Part shown: piece after piece, positions 9,222-20,416 of the stretch
Layout: each line of letters starts with the position of its first letter
Position numbering within the stretch: the stretch's first letter is position 1
Translations under genes and position numbers: made by a program
Notes under the pieces: generated by a model
What the model was told of the DNA's origin: nothing
The model's database searches: none
The model's input: only the letters and a program-made list of their open reading frames with translations
Source of the DNA: Thermoanaerobaculia bacterium
GTDB lineage: Bacteria; Acidobacteriota; Thermoanaerobaculia; UBA5066
Direction: 5' to 3'
DNA length: 64,000 nt
Assembly (NCBI GenBank): GCA_963816185.1
Contig: CAWFJJ010000029.1
Location: 32,001-96,000 of the forward strand

Positions 9222-11381
9222 ATGTCCTCCGAGGCGGGTTCGTCGCGGCTCCCCGAGCGCATCGACCACTACCGGATCGTGCGCCGGATCGCGCTCGGCG
9301 GCATGGCCGAGATCTTCGAGGCCGTGGACGAGAGGTCCGGCCGGACGGTCGCGCTCAAGAAGATCCTGCCTCACATCGCCACGGATCCCGACTTCCTCGA
9401 CCGCTTCTTCCACGAGATCCGGATCCAGATCTCCCTCAAGCACCCGAACATCGTCGAGCTGGTGGACTGCAGCCCCACGCCGGACCTGGCGTACATCGTC
9501 ATGGAGTACGTGGATGGCGGCGAGCTGAACGGCCTCCGAAAACAGTCCGGCCGCTTTCCCTGGGAGATCGCGCTCTTCGTCACCCGCGAGGCCCTCACCG
9601 GTCTCGCGGCGGCTCATGCGAAGGGCGTCATCCATCGAGACATCAAGCCGCAGAACATCATGTGGACGCGCGAAGGGTGCGTCAAGATCGGCGACTTCGG
9701 GATCAGCCACGCCGCGCATCTCACGCGCCTCACGCACACGGGGACGGTCGTCGGCACGCCCGCGCACATGTCGCCCGAGCAGGCGCGGGGGGAGGAGCTT
9801 GACGCCAGATCCGACCTCTTCTCGATGGGAACCGTCCTCTACGAGCTCCTCTGCGGATACAACCCTTTCACGGCCGACTCGATCGCGTCCTCCCTCCGCC
9901 GCGTCGCGGACGCCGAGCCAGACCTGCCCTCGCTTCTGGATCCGTCGATCCCTCCTTCCGTCGATACGTTTTTGAGAAAGCTGCACGCGAAGGATCGGAC
10001 CCGGCGCTTCGCGAGCGCGAATGCCGCCTGTGACGCGCTCGATGCCCTCTATACGAAGGAGGGCGTCACGCGTCCCGGGGTTCTCTTCCGGACGTTTCTC
10101 GGGAATCCCGCCGCCTTCGTCGCCGAGCGCAACCGGCGGCTCGCCAAAGAGTCCGCTGCCGCCGCCGAACGCCTGCTCTCGGACGCGAACGCGCGCCCCG
10201 AGGAGGCTCTCTGGGCAGCGTACCGGACGGTCGCCTGCACGCCGGACGACCCCGCCGCGCAGACGCTCCTCAAGACCGCAGCCGTGCGCGCGGGGCAGCG
10301 CGAGAAGCCCCTCGACAACGCGCGCATCCGCGAGCTGGAGGAGGCGCTGAAAAGGGACCCCGACAACCTCGCCCTCCTCCTGCAGCTCGCGAAGCTCTAC
10401 CGCCTCGAGCACGATTTCCTGAACCTCATGCGTTTTTTCCGGAAGTTGCAGGCGCTCGCGCCCCCGGACCCTTATACGCAGGGGCAGATCGCCTCCCTCA
10501 TTTCGAGCGGCGAGCCGACGCCCGGGTTCGCGACACGCGCCGTGCCTCTCGGCGCGGGCGGGACGCCGCGCACGGTCCCGGTCATCCCGCAAGAGAAGAC
10601 GAGCCGCGCGGGCTTTCTCACCGCGGCTCTCGTCGTCGCCGCCCTCGCCGTGGTCGGCGTGTGGTGGGTCAAGCGGGCACCGCACCTCCCGTCGGGAGAA
10701 CGTCAGGCACGCCCGACGGCGCTCGCACCCGCCGTCGCGCCGGCCCGCCCGAGCACGAGCGGGGATCTCACGCTCGAGCGCGTGCTGGAGCACGGGGCAC
10801 TCCTCGAACGCGAGAGCGGGGCCCCCGCGGCCCTCGCGTTCTACGAGGACGCAGCCTCCCGGACCACGCAGGTGAGTTCCCGCGCCGTCCTGCTTTCGAG
10901 GATGGTCGATCTCGCTCTCAAGGGTCAGGACCGCGCGCGAGCGGCGAGAGCCCTGGATGAGCTGCTCAAAATTCCGGCAGCGCGCCCCGAGGCCCTCCTC
11001 AAGAAGGGCGACTTGCTCGAGACGCTCGGGCAGGGCGACGCCGCCGAGCGCGTCTTCGAGGAAGCGGCGCGGACGAGCAACCCGGAGGTGAGCGTTCGGG
11101 CGACGCTCCGGCTCGCGCGGGGCGCAGAGCGGGCGCAGAACGCGCTCCGCGCGACCACGCTCTACGAGGAGATCCTCCTCAAGACCCCGGTCTCCTCGCA
11201 GGCGGACGAGGCGCGCCTCCGCCTCGCGGCTCTTTACGGAGCGGCAGGACGCCTTTCCGACGCGCGGCGGCTCTACGAGGAAGTCCTGGCGAACACGGCG
11301 CCCGCAAGCGACGCCCACAAGGCCGCCGAGGCCGGCATGAAGGTGCTCGAAGGCGCTCCGGCCGTGGAGAACCGCGGATGA
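9222..11381 (+). CDS. Membrane Ser/Thr protein kinase with TPR-like regions
   Basis: [23 protein letters not shown] and MSPEQ motifs; one TM helix near aa 465; TPR-like helices on both sides. Confidence 0.92.
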   Translation: MSSEAGSSRLPERIDHYRIVRRIALGGMAEIFEAVDERSGRTVALKKILPHIATDPDFLDRFFHEIRIQISLKHPNIVELVDCSPTPDLAYIVMEYVDGGELNGLRKQSGRFPWEIALFVTREALTGLAAAHAKGVIHRDIKPQNIMWTREGCVKIGDFGISHAAHLTRLTHTGTVVGTPAHMSPEQARGEELDARSDLFSMGTVLYELLCGYNPFTADSIASSLRRVADAEPDLPSLLDPSIPPSVDTFLRKLHAKDRTRRFASANAACDALDALYTKEGVTRPGVLFRTFLGNPAAFVAERNRRLAKESAAAAERLLSDANARPEEALWAAYRTVACTPDDPAAQTLLKTAAVRAGQREKPLDNARIRELEEALKRDPDNLALLLQLAKLYRLEHDFLNLMRFFRKLQALAPPDPYTQGQIASLISSGEPTPGFATRAVPLGAGGTPRTVPVIPQEKTSRAGFLTAALVVAALAVVGVWWVKRAPHLPSGERQARPTALAPAVAPARPSTSGDLTLERVLEHGALLERESGAPAALAFYEDAASRTTQVSSRAVLLSRMVDLALKGQDRARAARALDELLKIPAARPEALLKKGDLLETLGQGDAAERVFEEAARTSNPEVSVRATLRLARGAERAQNALRATTLYEEILLKTPVSSQADEARLRLAALYGAAGRLSDARRLYEEVLANTAPASDAHKAAEAGMKVLEGAPAVENRG

Positions 11382-11797
11382 AATCGCATCGCAAGGTCCT
11401 GACGCTTCACGTTCCCGGCCGAATCGGCTTCGTGAACATCACGGGCGACGTCCAGGCTGCGGTCCACGAGAGCGGGGTCAAGGAGGGGCTCTGCCTCGTC
11501 AACCCCATGCACATCACGGCCTCGGTCTTCATCAACGACGACGAGGCCGGCCTTCACCGTGATTACGAGCGCTTCTTCGAGGCGCTCGTCCCCCACGACC
11601 CGGTCTCTCAGTGGCGCCACAACGACACCGGGGAGGACAACGCCGACGCGCACATCAAGCGGCAGCTCATGGGCCGCGAGGTCGTCGTCGCGATCACGAA
11701 GGGGCGGCTCGACTTCGGGACGTGGGAGCGGATCTTCTACGGCGAGTGGGACGGCCGCCGCGACAAGCGCGTCCTCATCAAGATTCTCGGGGAATAG
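11378..11797 (+). CDS. yjbQ: YjbQ/UPF0047 family protein
   Basis: HITAS, NADAHIK and [16 protein letters not shown] motifs; ATGA overlap with the kinase stop. Confidence 0.92.
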   Translation: MKSHRKVLTLHVPGRIGFVNITGDVQAAVHESGVKEGLCLVNPMHITASVFINDDEAGLHRDYERFFEALVPHDPVSQWRHNDTGEDNADAHIKRQLMGREVVVAITKGRLDFGTWERIFYGEWDGRRDKRVLIKILGE

Positions 11798-11809
11798 CGA
11801 AACGAGCCT

Positions 11810-13696
11810 TCACCCCTCGCCGGGCTTCTCCGCCTCAAGCGCGAGGTCGATGAGCGTGTCCGCGAGCCGCGTCGCGGCCGGGGTGTCCGCTCCGAGCGCT
11901 TCGGCGAAACGTGCGCGCACGCTCGCCTCGCGCGCCTCGTCGCGAATGGGACGGCCGGAGGTCTTCTTGACGGCTCCGACGCGCCGCGCCAGCTCGAGTC
12001 TTTGCGCCGCGAGCCGCGCAATGCCGCCATCCACGACGTCGATCGCGCGGCGGATCCTCTCCACCGAACCGCTCACCCCGGGCAGGATTCCGAATTCGTC
12101 GAGCAGCTCCTCGAGATCTTCGGGTAAAAGGGCTTGCGGCCCGTCGGAGAGCGCGGACTCGGGGGCATCGTGGACCTCGATCATGAGTCCGTCCACGCCC
12201 GCGCCCCACGCGGCGCGCGCGAGGCCCGGCACGAGGTCGCGCCGTCCCGCGGCATGCGAGGGGTCCGCGAAGAGCGGGAGATGCGTGAGGCTGCGCGCCA
12301 CGAGGAGGCCACCGAGATCGAGCGTCCCGCGCGTCGCCTTCTCGAACGTGCGGATGCCTCGTTCGCAGAGGATCACGTTCTTGCACCCCGCGTCCAGGAG
12401 GTACTCCGCCGAGGAGAGCCATTCTTCGACGGTCGTTCCGAACCCGCGCTTCAGGAAGACGGGGCGACCGCTCTTGCCCGCTTCCTTGAGGAGGTCGTAG
12501 TTCTGGCAGTTCCGCGCGCCGATCTGCAGGACGTCCGCCCGTTCGGCCACCGGGACGACCTGCGCGGGCGCCATCACCTCCGTCACGATCGGGAGTCCGA
12601 CCGCGTCACCGGCGTCCTTCAGCCAATCCAGAGCCTCGAGACCGTGCCCCTGGAACGAATAGGGGGACGTGCGCGGCTTGAAGACACCGCCACGGAGCGC
12701 CGTTGCGCCGGCGCGCGCCACGGCGCGTGCGAGACGCGCGACCTGCTCGGGCGACTCGACGGCACACGGCCCCGCGATCACCGCGCGGCGGCCTCCGCCC
12801 ACGACGAAGGGCCCCACGGCGACGACGCTCGCCTCGCGCACCTCGGTCACCTTCGGGATGTCGCGCATCCGGGGGGGGCGCACGAATTCCGGAGCGGGTC
12901 CGAGCCAGATCACGCGCTCTCCCGCCGCGGGCCGGCCCGTGAGAGCCGTGGCGCGCGCGACGTTCTTCTCGGGCACGACCGCGAAGCCGCGGACTGGATC
13001 GCCAGGAGTACCCGGCAGCGAGAGCAGCTCGGAGCCGACTTGCGCGAGAGCCGACGATGCCCCCACGCCGGCGTAGAAGACGACGCGCGGCGCCAGGGCG
13101 TCGGGTGCCTCGTTCCCCGTGACGGCATCCGCGGCCCGGGCGCGCGCCAGCCGCCAGAACCGCGTCGTATTCGGGCGCACGTCCGACACGTCTTCCTCGA
13201 GGATGAGGAGGCCGGCCTCGAGGGCCGCCTCCTCCGAGCAGACGGCTGCCCGGGGCCCTCCCGATTCCTTCACGCGAAACGCGGCGTACGCCGTGTCGTG
13301 CGTGTCGATCGGAATCGCGTCGAGGCGCGCGAGGAGATGGCGGCACTGCCTGAGCACCGCGGCCTGCGAATGGACCTCGCGCACGCTCTCGAGCGCCAGC
13401 CCCTCCGGTGCGGCGAGGACGAGTCTCACGGGCACCTCGATCTCGGCCTCGACGGCGATCACGGATTCCAGGTCCGCAAGCGAGCGCGCCAGGGCGTCCA
13501 GGGACTCGAGGATCGGCCCGTCGACGCGGTTGACCGCGGGCAGCACGGCGCACGCGATCTCGCCGGCGCGGAGCGCGCGCAGCGTGCGCTCGAAGGTGGG
13601 GAAGGCCACCGGCTTCCCGCAGCGCGCCGCCGCACGCGCGCCGAAGGAGCCGGGCTGCCCCTGATAGCCTGCGAGATCCGCCCCGAGCGGCATCAC
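11810..13696 (-). CDS. Fusion: prephenate dehydratase / type I-beta DAHP synthase / AroQ chorismate mutase
   Basis: N-terminal [18 protein letters not shown] and NTTRF (PDT); central [26 protein letters not shown] and DPSH (DAHPS); C-terminal IRRAIDVVD...R...K...REASV (CM). Confidence 0.88.
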   Translation of the reverse strand: MMPLGADLAGYQGQPGSFGARAAARCGKPVAFPTFERTLRALRAGEIACAVLPAVNRVDGPILESLDALARSLADLESVIAVEAEIEVPVRLVLAAPEGLALESVREVHSQAAVLRQCRHLLARLDAIPIDTHDTAYAAFRVKESGGPRAAVCSEEAALEAGLLILEEDVSDVRPNTTRFWRLARARAADAVTGNEAPDALAPRVVFYAGVGASSALAQVGSELLSLPGTPGDPVRGFAVVPEKNVARATALTGRPAAGERVIWLGPAPEFVRPPRMRDIPKVTEVREASVVAVGPFVVGGGRRAVIAGPCAVESPEQVARLARAVARAGATALRGGVFKPRTSPYSFQGHGLEALDWLKDAGDAVGLPIVTEVMAPAQVVPVAERADVLQIGARNCQNYDLLKEAGKSGRPVFLKRGFGTTVEEWLSSAEYLLDAGCKNVILCERGIRTFEKATRGTLDLGGLLVARSLTHLPLFADPSHAAGRRDLVPGLARAAWGAGVDGLMIEVHDAPESALSDGPQALLPEDLEELLDEFGILPGVSGSVERIRRAIDVVDGGIARLAAQRLELARRVGAVKKTSGRPIRDEAREASVRARFAEALGADTPAATRLADTLIDLALEAEKPGEG

Positions 13697-14574
13697 CTGG
13701 GCGTCGCGTCCGCCCGCGTCGAGACCGGCTCGCGCGTGACCTTCACGTCCTCCAGAACGACCGGGTACGCGTAGCCGGCGCCGAAGTCGCGGTCGATGTG
13801 AACGACGCCTTTCACGAGCACGACGTCGCCGACGGCCGCAGCGTCGTGGGTCGTCACCGTGAGGTCGTCGTCTTTCTTTTCTCGCGAACCGGTGCCGTCG
13901 CGAATGTGAATCCAGTTCCGGCCCATGATCGAGGCGTTGGCCTTCACGACCTTGCCGCGCACGGAAACGGTCTTGTCCTTCAGCGAAATCCGCTCCGCGA
14001 ACAACTGCGCCACCGTGCGTCCATCCTTGCCTTCGGCCTTCGCGACCACGACGTCACCGGCCTCCGCCGGGCCGCCCGCCACCGCCGCGTGCTGCGCGGC
14101 CATCAGGGATCGCTGCTGGTCTTCGGACCCGGAGCCGTGTGACGAGACCGGCGCGGGGGCCGCGCCTGCCGACAGAGGCGCGGCCGCTCCGCCGCCGAGG
14201 TTGCCGAAGACGATGCGATCGAATTTTCGGTTCAGCGTCTTGCTTTCGAAGCCGTCCATCGACATCGCGTTCACGACCGTGACGCGGTCGCCCTTCTTCA
14301 CGGACGTCTTCGTGACGGCGGCCCACATCTCGCCGCCGGAGGTTTCAAGGCGCATGTACGTGTAGTCGGAAGCGTCGAGCGTCTCCTGGACGACGCCCGA
14401 CACCGAGGCGAGAGCGAGCTGAGGCGCCTGCGGAATGACGGCGGCCGGAGTCGAAGCGTTGGGCGCCGCCGCCTGGCCGGGAGCGTCGGGGCCCCCAGCG
14501 CCCGCGGCGGGAGCGGCGGGCTTTCTGCCGCAGCCTGCGAAAAGAACGAGCGCAAGAACGAGGAATCGGCGCAT
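13693..14574 (-). CDS. Lipoprotein with two OB-fold-like domains
   Basis: AAGGAG RBS; lipobox LFAGC; YTYMRL...WAAV and VRGKVVK...[12 protein letters not shown]...DFGAGYAY blocks. Confidence 0.78.
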   Translation of the reverse strand: MRRFLVLALVLFAGCGRKPAAPAAGAGGPDAPGQAAAPNASTPAAVIPQAPQLALASVSGVVQETLDASDYTYMRLETSGGEMWAAVTKTSVKKGDRVTVVNAMSMDGFESKTLNRKFDRIVFGNLGGGAAAPLSAGAAPAPVSSHGSGSEDQQRSLMAAQHAAVAGGPAEAGDVVVAKAEGKDGRTVAQLFAERISLKDKTVSVRGKVVKANASIMGRNWIHIRDGTGSREKKDDDLTVTTHDAAAVGDVVLVKGVVHIDRDFGAGYAYPVVLEDVKVTREPVSTRADATPR

Positions 14575-14608
14575 GGGAAGGGTCTCCTTTTCCAGCCTCC
14601 GATCTTGA

Positions 14609-14640
14609 CAGAAGAAGGCCGCCCCGCGAGAGGCGGCCTC
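14609..14640 (-). terminator. Probable intrinsic terminator after the redox operon
   Basis: Minus strand GAGGCCGCC-TCTCGCGG-GGCGGCCTT followed by CTTCTGT. Confidence 0.5.
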
Positions 14641-14669
14641 GACCAGAGGAGCCGCGCGGCGGATGCCGC

Positions 14670-15380
14670 TCAGGACTCGAGGAAGGAGGATACCGCGCGG
14701 TGCCACTGCTCTTCGGACAGCAGGGCCGGGGGTGGCAGGACGAGCTCACCTCCGTCCGCCGCCGCAAGGCCGAGCTCTCCTTCGAGGAGATGCGCGAGCC
14801 GCGCCTCCTCGGCATGAAACCAGGCGCGCGCTTCCTCGCCTGTCGGAAAGCTCCGGTACGTATCCGAGGCCGGCCGCACCGAGAAGAGCCAGCCCCTCAC
14901 GTAAGGCGAGGACAACAGGAGGGACGGGTGGCGCCGCACGGCGCCGTTTACGGCCATGACCGTGCCCGTCACGGGCGAAGAGACGATCGCCGTCCGCGCG
15001 CCGCACGCGACCGTCACGGCCGGGCGTCCGGCCGCCAGGACGCTGCCCGGAGGCGGAAGATGGACGGCGGTGACGCCGTGGAGGAGGTGCCCCGCGAGAC
15101 CGTCGAGACCCACCCGCAGGTGACCGTCGGACTCGTCCAGCCACGCGTGGGACGGCGTGTACCGCCGGCGCTCGGCGAGAACGAGGCCGTCGATCTCCAC
15201 GAGGCCGAGCCGGCGCGCCCTGAGCCGCCGGATCGTCCTCTCCGCCACGCGATAGAGGCCCCACCCCACGAGGATGGGCGCGAGGGCGACGGCGACGAAG
15301 GCGACGAGAAGCAGAAGCCGGATGAGGAGGCCGACCACGAAGATGGCGGCTCCCTGCAAGAAAGTCAGAAGGGCTTCCAT
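14670..15380 (-). CDS. Membrane-anchored GcvH-like protein lacking the lipoyl lysine (copy 2)
   Basis: N-terminal TM segment(s); HAW...RVGLD, SPVTGTVMAVN and PYVRGW motifs; C-terminal ADGG extension. An alternative GTG start lies at 15389. Confidence 0.85.
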   Translation of the reverse strand: MEALLTFLQGAAIFVVGLLIRLLLLVAFVAVALAPILVGWGLYRVAERTIRRLRARRLGLVEIDGLVLAERRRYTPSHAWLDESDGHLRVGLDGLAGHLLHGVTAVHLPPPGSVLAAGRPAVTVACGARTAIVSSPVTGTVMAVNGAVRRHPSLLLSSPYVRGWLFSVRPASDTYRSFPTGEEARAWFHAEEARLAHLLEGELGLAAADGGELVLPPPALLSEEQWHRAVSSFLES

Positions 15381-15385
15381 GATGC

Positions 15386-15733
15386 TCACCTCTCTTTCGG
15401 AGCGGCGTGGCACGTGACGCAATCGTCGAATCCGTGCGCGCTCTTGCCGTCGTGGCACTTGCCGCAAGCAGCGCCCTTCTCCATGTCCTTGTGCTTGAGT
15501 CGGGGCGCCTGGGCCTCGGAACGGCGGAGGATCGGAAACAGAGCCGGGTGGCAGGTCGTGCAGTCGGGCTTCCCGGCGTCGACGTGCGTCGCGTGGCGGA
15601 ACGTGACGACGCCCGGGCTGTCCGAGCCCTGCGGGAGAGCGCGGTCGTTCGGCAGGCGGGGGAGGCTGCCCGCGAGAACCGCCCCCGTCAGAGCGAGCGC
15701 GAGAAGGAGGGCGACGGGTTGGAGATGTCTCAT
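15386..15733 (-). CDS. Periplasmic trihaem c7-type cytochrome c
   Basis: Signal peptide; FRHATH; three haem motifs CTTCH, CGKCH and CVTCH. Confidence 0.9.
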   Translation of the reverse strand: MRHLQPVALLLALALTGAVLAGSLPRLPNDRALPQGSDSPGVVTFRHATHVDAGKPDCTTCHPALFPILRRSEAQAPRLKHKDMEKGAACGKCHDGKSAHGFDDCVTCHAAPKER

Positions 15734-15743
15734 GGCGGCCGCC

Positions 15744-16412
15744 TCACTTTCCCTCGAGGAACTGCCGGGCCAGCTCGTCCCAATGATCCTCGTCGAGGGC
15801 GCGCGCGATGCCGTGCACCGGCGTTCCGCCGTCCTGCAAAACGACGCCGAGCTGCGGCGTGAGGTTCTGCGCGAGCCTCCCCGCCGCGGTGTCGAGGAAC
15901 CGGCGGGCCGCGTCACCCGAGAAGAGGTTCTTGAGGTTGCCGGTCAGCCAGCGGGGCTCGACCTTCATGAGCCAGCCGCCGCAGTAGGGGTCGCGTTGCG
16001 CCTCGTCCGGATGCGCGCGAACGGATTCGTTCAACGCGACGACGTGACCGTCGACCGGCGAGAGCACGTCGAGCGGCTGGCCGCCGGCCACGACCGTGAA
16101 CGCCTTCTGGCCTTGCCGGACCGGTGCGCCGATCTCGGGAAGGCGGACCTGATCGAGCGGGCCCAAGAGCTTGTGAGCGAAATCGTCGAGGCCGACCTCC
16201 ACCATTCCGCCCTGCGGCCGCGCCCAGGCATGGCCCGCGTGGAGGTGGACGCCATTCGGAACTTGGAACCAGCCGAAGCCGAGGGCGTGATCGGGAATCG
16301 GCTTGCCCTGGACGAAACGCCAGAAGGGGACGAACAGGAGGAGGTACCCCACGGCGATGAGGTACTCGATCGCCTTGGTGGTCTGGGGGCTGAGGAGCTC
16401 GTGCTCGTTCAT
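15744..16412 (-). CDS. Membrane-anchored GcvH-like protein lacking the lipoyl lysine (copy 1)
   Basis: N-terminal TM (TKAIEYLIAVGYLLLFVPFW); GHAWA...VGLDDFA, SPVDGHVVALN and DPYCGGW motifs; LQDGG extension. Confidence 0.88.
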   Translation of the reverse strand: MNEHELLSPQTTKAIEYLIAVGYLLLFVPFWRFVQGKPIPDHALGFGWFQVPNGVHLHAGHAWARPQGGMVEVGLDDFAHKLLGPLDQVRLPEIGAPVRQGQKAFTVVAGGQPLDVLSPVDGHVVALNESVRAHPDEAQRDPYCGGWLMKVEPRWLTGNLKNLFSGDAARRFLDTAAGRLAQNLTPQLGVVLQDGGTPVHGIARALDEDHWDELARQFLEGK

Positions 16413-17653
16413 GATGTTCTCCTCGCTCGAGACTCGGCGTGGTTGACCGGCTCCCTGCGGAGCACGGGCATCCGGTTCACGATCCAGCGGAAAAGGACGA
16501 CGCCGAGCGTGACGACGGTCAGCGAGATGAGGATCTCGGCGACGCTCGGAACGTACCGATCCGCGACGTTCCAGTTGAAGGCGATCATCGAGACGTTGAA
16601 GCGGTTGAGGAGAACGCCCAGCACGGTCAGGAGAGCGGCCGCGCGCGCCATCCTCACGTTCTTCTCACGCGCCGCGAAGGCGAAGAGGAGCGAGGGGAGA
16701 AGGACGAAGCCGAGTAGCTCGATGCCAAACCACGCCCCCCAGCGGGTGCCGAGGAGGTCCCATCGCCCTGAGGCCGCGAGGCCCTGGAGCCTCAGGAAGA
16801 GGTAGCTGAAGAGGACGACGGCCCCGCCCTTGGAGAGGCCCAGCGTGATCCGGTCGAGATCCACCGGTTTTGCGGGGTCGAACCGGTCACGGAAGGCGCG
16901 GTGCGAGAGCGTGCTCTCCACGACGATCATCCCGATCCCGCCCGCGATCGAGGAGACGAAGAAGAAAAGAGGGAGAAACGGCGAATACCAGAGAGGGTGG
17001 AGCTTGCCCGGCGTCATCAGGAAGAAGGCGCCCAACGAAGACTGGTGGAGCGTCGAGAGCGTGACGCCGAGGACGATGACTCCCATCATCACCTTGCTGA
17101 GGAGATTCTTCAGCTTGTCCCAGCCCAGCCACTCCAGAGGCACCGGCGCGAACTCCAAACCAAGCACCATGAGGTAAAGGAAGACGCACCAGCCCACCTC
17201 GTACATGACGGCGGTGGTGCCGGGCGTCAGGAAGAACTGGTAGGGCAGCCGCCAGGGCTGGCCCAGGTCCACGACGAGGCCGACCAGGACGAAGACGTAA
17301 CCCAGGAACCCCGTCAGGATCGCGGGCCTGAGGACCGGCGCGTAGAGCTTCTGACGAAGGAGGCAGACGGCGAAGGCCACCGTGTAGCCTCCGGCGGCCA
17401 GCGCGACGCCGGTAACGACGTCGAAGGCGACCCACAGGCCCCAGGCGTTCGTCTGGGACAGGTTCGTCACGGCTCCGAGGCCGCGGGCGAAACGGTAGGC
17501 GATGAGAGGCAGGCCCGCCGAGAGGATCAACGCGATGACGAGATTGGCCGGCGTCAGGAGCCTCTTGAGGTACTCCCGCGGGGCCAGGCCCAGAAGGAGC
17601 TTCTCCCGTGCCCACGCTCCGCCAAAGGGCGGCGGAAGGACATGTTCACTCAT
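16409..17653 (-). CDS. NrfD/HybB/HmcC-family integral membrane subunit
   Basis: WGLWVAFDV, DLGQPWR, LHQSSLG and LHPLWYSP motifs; about 10 TM helices. Confidence 0.92.
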   Translation of the reverse strand: MSEHVLPPPFGGAWAREKLLLGLAPREYLKRLLTPANLVIALILSAGLPLIAYRFARGLGAVTNLSQTNAWGLWVAFDVVTGVALAAGGYTVAFAVCLLRQKLYAPVLRPAILTGFLGYVFVLVGLVVDLGQPWRLPYQFFLTPGTTAVMYEVGWCVFLYLMVLGLEFAPVPLEWLGWDKLKNLLSKVMMGVIVLGVTLSTLHQSSLGAFFLMTPGKLHPLWYSPFLPLFFFVSSIAGGIGMIVVESTLSHRAFRDRFDPAKPVDLDRITLGLSKGGAVVLFSYLFLRLQGLAASGRWDLLGTRWGAWFGIELLGFVLLPSLLFAFAAREKNVRMARAAALLTVLGVLLNRFNVSMIAFNWNVADRYVPSVAEILISLTVVTLGVVLFRWIVNRMPVLRREPVNHAESRARRTS

Positions 17654-18551
17654 ACTTCGACCTCCCGCGCGCCTCGCGGGACGCGACGTCGTCGCGACGC
17701 TTGGCGAACGTGTACAGGCCCATGAGGAAGGGCGGCCACAGCGTGATGACGAAGGGCACGGCGGAGAGCGCTCCGTCGGCGAGCTCCGGGTAGGATCTCT
17801 TCTCGATGCCCGCGGGCAGCTTCAGGGACTCGAAAGGCACGTCGGAGAGATAGAGCCAGCTCGTACCGCCCGCCTCGTCCTCCCCGTAGATCTTGTGGAT
17901 GTACTTTTCGGGGTTCGTGTAGATGCGCGTCCGCGCCTCTTCGAGGAGGTCGGCGCGCAGGCCGAACTGAAGCGCGCCCGACGGGCAGACCTCCGCGCAG
18001 GCGGGGGCGAGACCGCGCGCCTGGCGCTCCGCGCAGAACGTGCACTTCCTGACGAGCGGTGTCGCGCTCGAGTATTCGTACTTGGGAACGCCGAACGGGC
18101 ACGCGATCATGCAGTAGCGGCAGCCGAGGCAGCGGTCCTTGTGGTAGACGACCGGCCCGGCCGGCGTCTTCTCGAGCGCGCGGACGACGCAGCCGGAGGC
18201 GCAGGCCGGCTGAACGCAGTGCATGCATTGCGTCTTCGCGAAGCGCTCCTCGCCGCCGGGGCTCTTTTTCGAGCCTTTCTGGACGACTGTGTACGCCGTC
18301 GGGCTCGTTGCGCGGTTCGACGCGAACACCGTCTCGTCACCGGGCTTTTCGGGCCCGGCAAGCGCGTTCGCCTCCGCGCAGGCCGCTTCGCAGGCGCGGC
18401 ACCCGACGCAGCGCGTCGTGTCCACGAGCACGCCGCGGGCGCCCTTCGCCGCCGGCACGAGCGAGGCGCGAGACGTCCCGGCCGTCGCGGCAACCCCTGC
18501 GGTGCCGGCCGCGGCCGCGAGCTTGAAAAGAGTTCGCCGATTCAAGTTCAT
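17646..18551 (-). CDS. Tat-exported 4x[4Fe-4S] protein (HybA/HmcB/NrfC-like) with C-terminal TM anchor
   Basis: Tat motif NRRTLFK; four Cys groups CVGCRACEAAC, CMHCVQPACASGC, CLGCRYCMIAC and CTFC...CAEVC; GGGAGGT RBS. Confidence 0.93.
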   Translation of the reverse strand: MNLNRRTLFKLAAAAGTAGVAATAGTSRASLVPAAKGARGVLVDTTRCVGCRACEAACAEANALAGPEKPGDETVFASNRATSPTAYTVVQKGSKKSPGGEERFAKTQCMHCVQPACASGCVVRALEKTPAGPVVYHKDRCLGCRYCMIACPFGVPKYEYSSATPLVRKCTFCAERQARGLAPACAEVCPSGALQFGLRADLLEEARTRIYTNPEKYIHKIYGEDEAGGTSWLYLSDVPFESLKLPAGIEKRSYPELADGALSAVPFVITLWPPFLMGLYTFAKRRDDVASREARGRSKYE

Positions 18552-18562
18552 CGCGACCTCCC

Positions 18563-18649
18563 TCAGACCCGGCCCGCGCGAGCCACGGCGCGGTCGTTCA
18601 GAAAGAGGAGAAGAACGAACAGGAGCACAAGGGGAACGGTGGCGATCAT
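18563..18649 (-). CDS. Small 28-aa membrane peptide MIATVPLVLLFVLLLFLNDRAVARAGRV (not in the ORF track)
   Basis: AGGGAGGT RBS; ATGA overlap with the upstream stop; the stop is immediately followed by the RBS of the Fe-S gene; hydrophobic helix. Confidence 0.65.
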   Translation of the reverse strand: MIATVPLVLLFVLLLFLNDRAVARAGRV

Positions 18650-18885
18650 GGGACCTCCCTCCGTGGGCTATCTGCACCCACGGCCGGCGACTCCGCGTGC
18701 ACGACGTTCGTCTCGAGCCGCCTCACGGCCTCCTGATAAAGGGGGCAGTCCACGTACACCGCCGCCTGGCAAGGCCGGCTCGATACGAGGTGGTCGAGAG
18801 GCAGCATCTTCTTCGTCGGGCAGGCGTCGCAATAGAGCATCACGACTTCTTTGAGGAGCGGGCAGGTGGTCGGGGCTTCTGTCAT
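18646..18885 (-). CDS. Small Cys-rich protein (79 aa), first gene of the redox operon
   Basis: CPLL...CDAC...C...CPLY pattern; directly downstream of the sigma54 motif. Confidence 0.7.
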   Translation of the reverse strand: MTEAPTTCPLLKEVVMLYCDACPTKKMLPLDHLVSSRPCQAAVYVDCPLYQEAVRRLETNVVHAESPAVGADSPRREVP

Positions 18886-18903
18886 GGCGTCACTACGGGT
18901 AGC

Positions 18904-18918
18904 GCAAGGCTCGAGCCA
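18904..18918 (-). promoter_or_regulatory. sigma54 (-24/-12) promoter
   Basis: Minus strand TGGC-TCGAGCC-TTGC fits TGGC-N7-TTGC and lies next to a sigma54 activator gene. Confidence 0.75.
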
Positions 18919-18942
18919 CGCTCCCCCGAGGGACGCGCTGGG

Positions 18943-18955
18943 TGTCAACTGTTTG
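18943..18955. promoter_or_regulatory. Putative IHF site between the enhancer and the sigma54 promoter
   Basis: TGTCAACTGTTTG versus WATCAA-N4-TTR (one mismatch), in an AT-rich patch. Confidence 0.4.
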
Positions 18956-19006
18956 TAATGAAAAGGCTTGCGCCTATCATGGAATAGGCGCCTGCCGTCA
19001 AGCGGC

Positions 19007-19036
19007 GTTTAGTTTCTCAACGGGGCGTTGTCTTTC

Positions 19037-19041
<5 letters not shown>
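19007..19041. promoter_or_regulatory. Tandem putative upstream activator (bEBP) sites
   Basis: GTTTAGTTTCTCAAC (19007-19021) and GTTGTCTTTCTCAAC (19027-19041): GTTG-N7-CAAC-type dyads with a 20-bp period, about 115-150 bp upstream of the inferred start site. Confidence 0.6.

Positions 19042-20416
<1,375 letters not shown>

Noticed and set aside
11810-14574. Aromatic fusion gene as part of the redox operon (quinone precursor supply)
   Set aside because: A terminator-like hairpin and a 95-bp gap follow the last GcvH-like gene; co-transcription is unsupported, though not excluded.
14670-16412. Glycine cleavage system
   Set aside because: The H-like proteins lack the lipoyl Lys and have TM anchors, and no gcvP or gcvT is nearby.
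16409-18551. Hydrogenase-2 operon
   Set aside because: Only HybA/HybB-like subunits are present; no NiFe large or small subunit or maturation genes.
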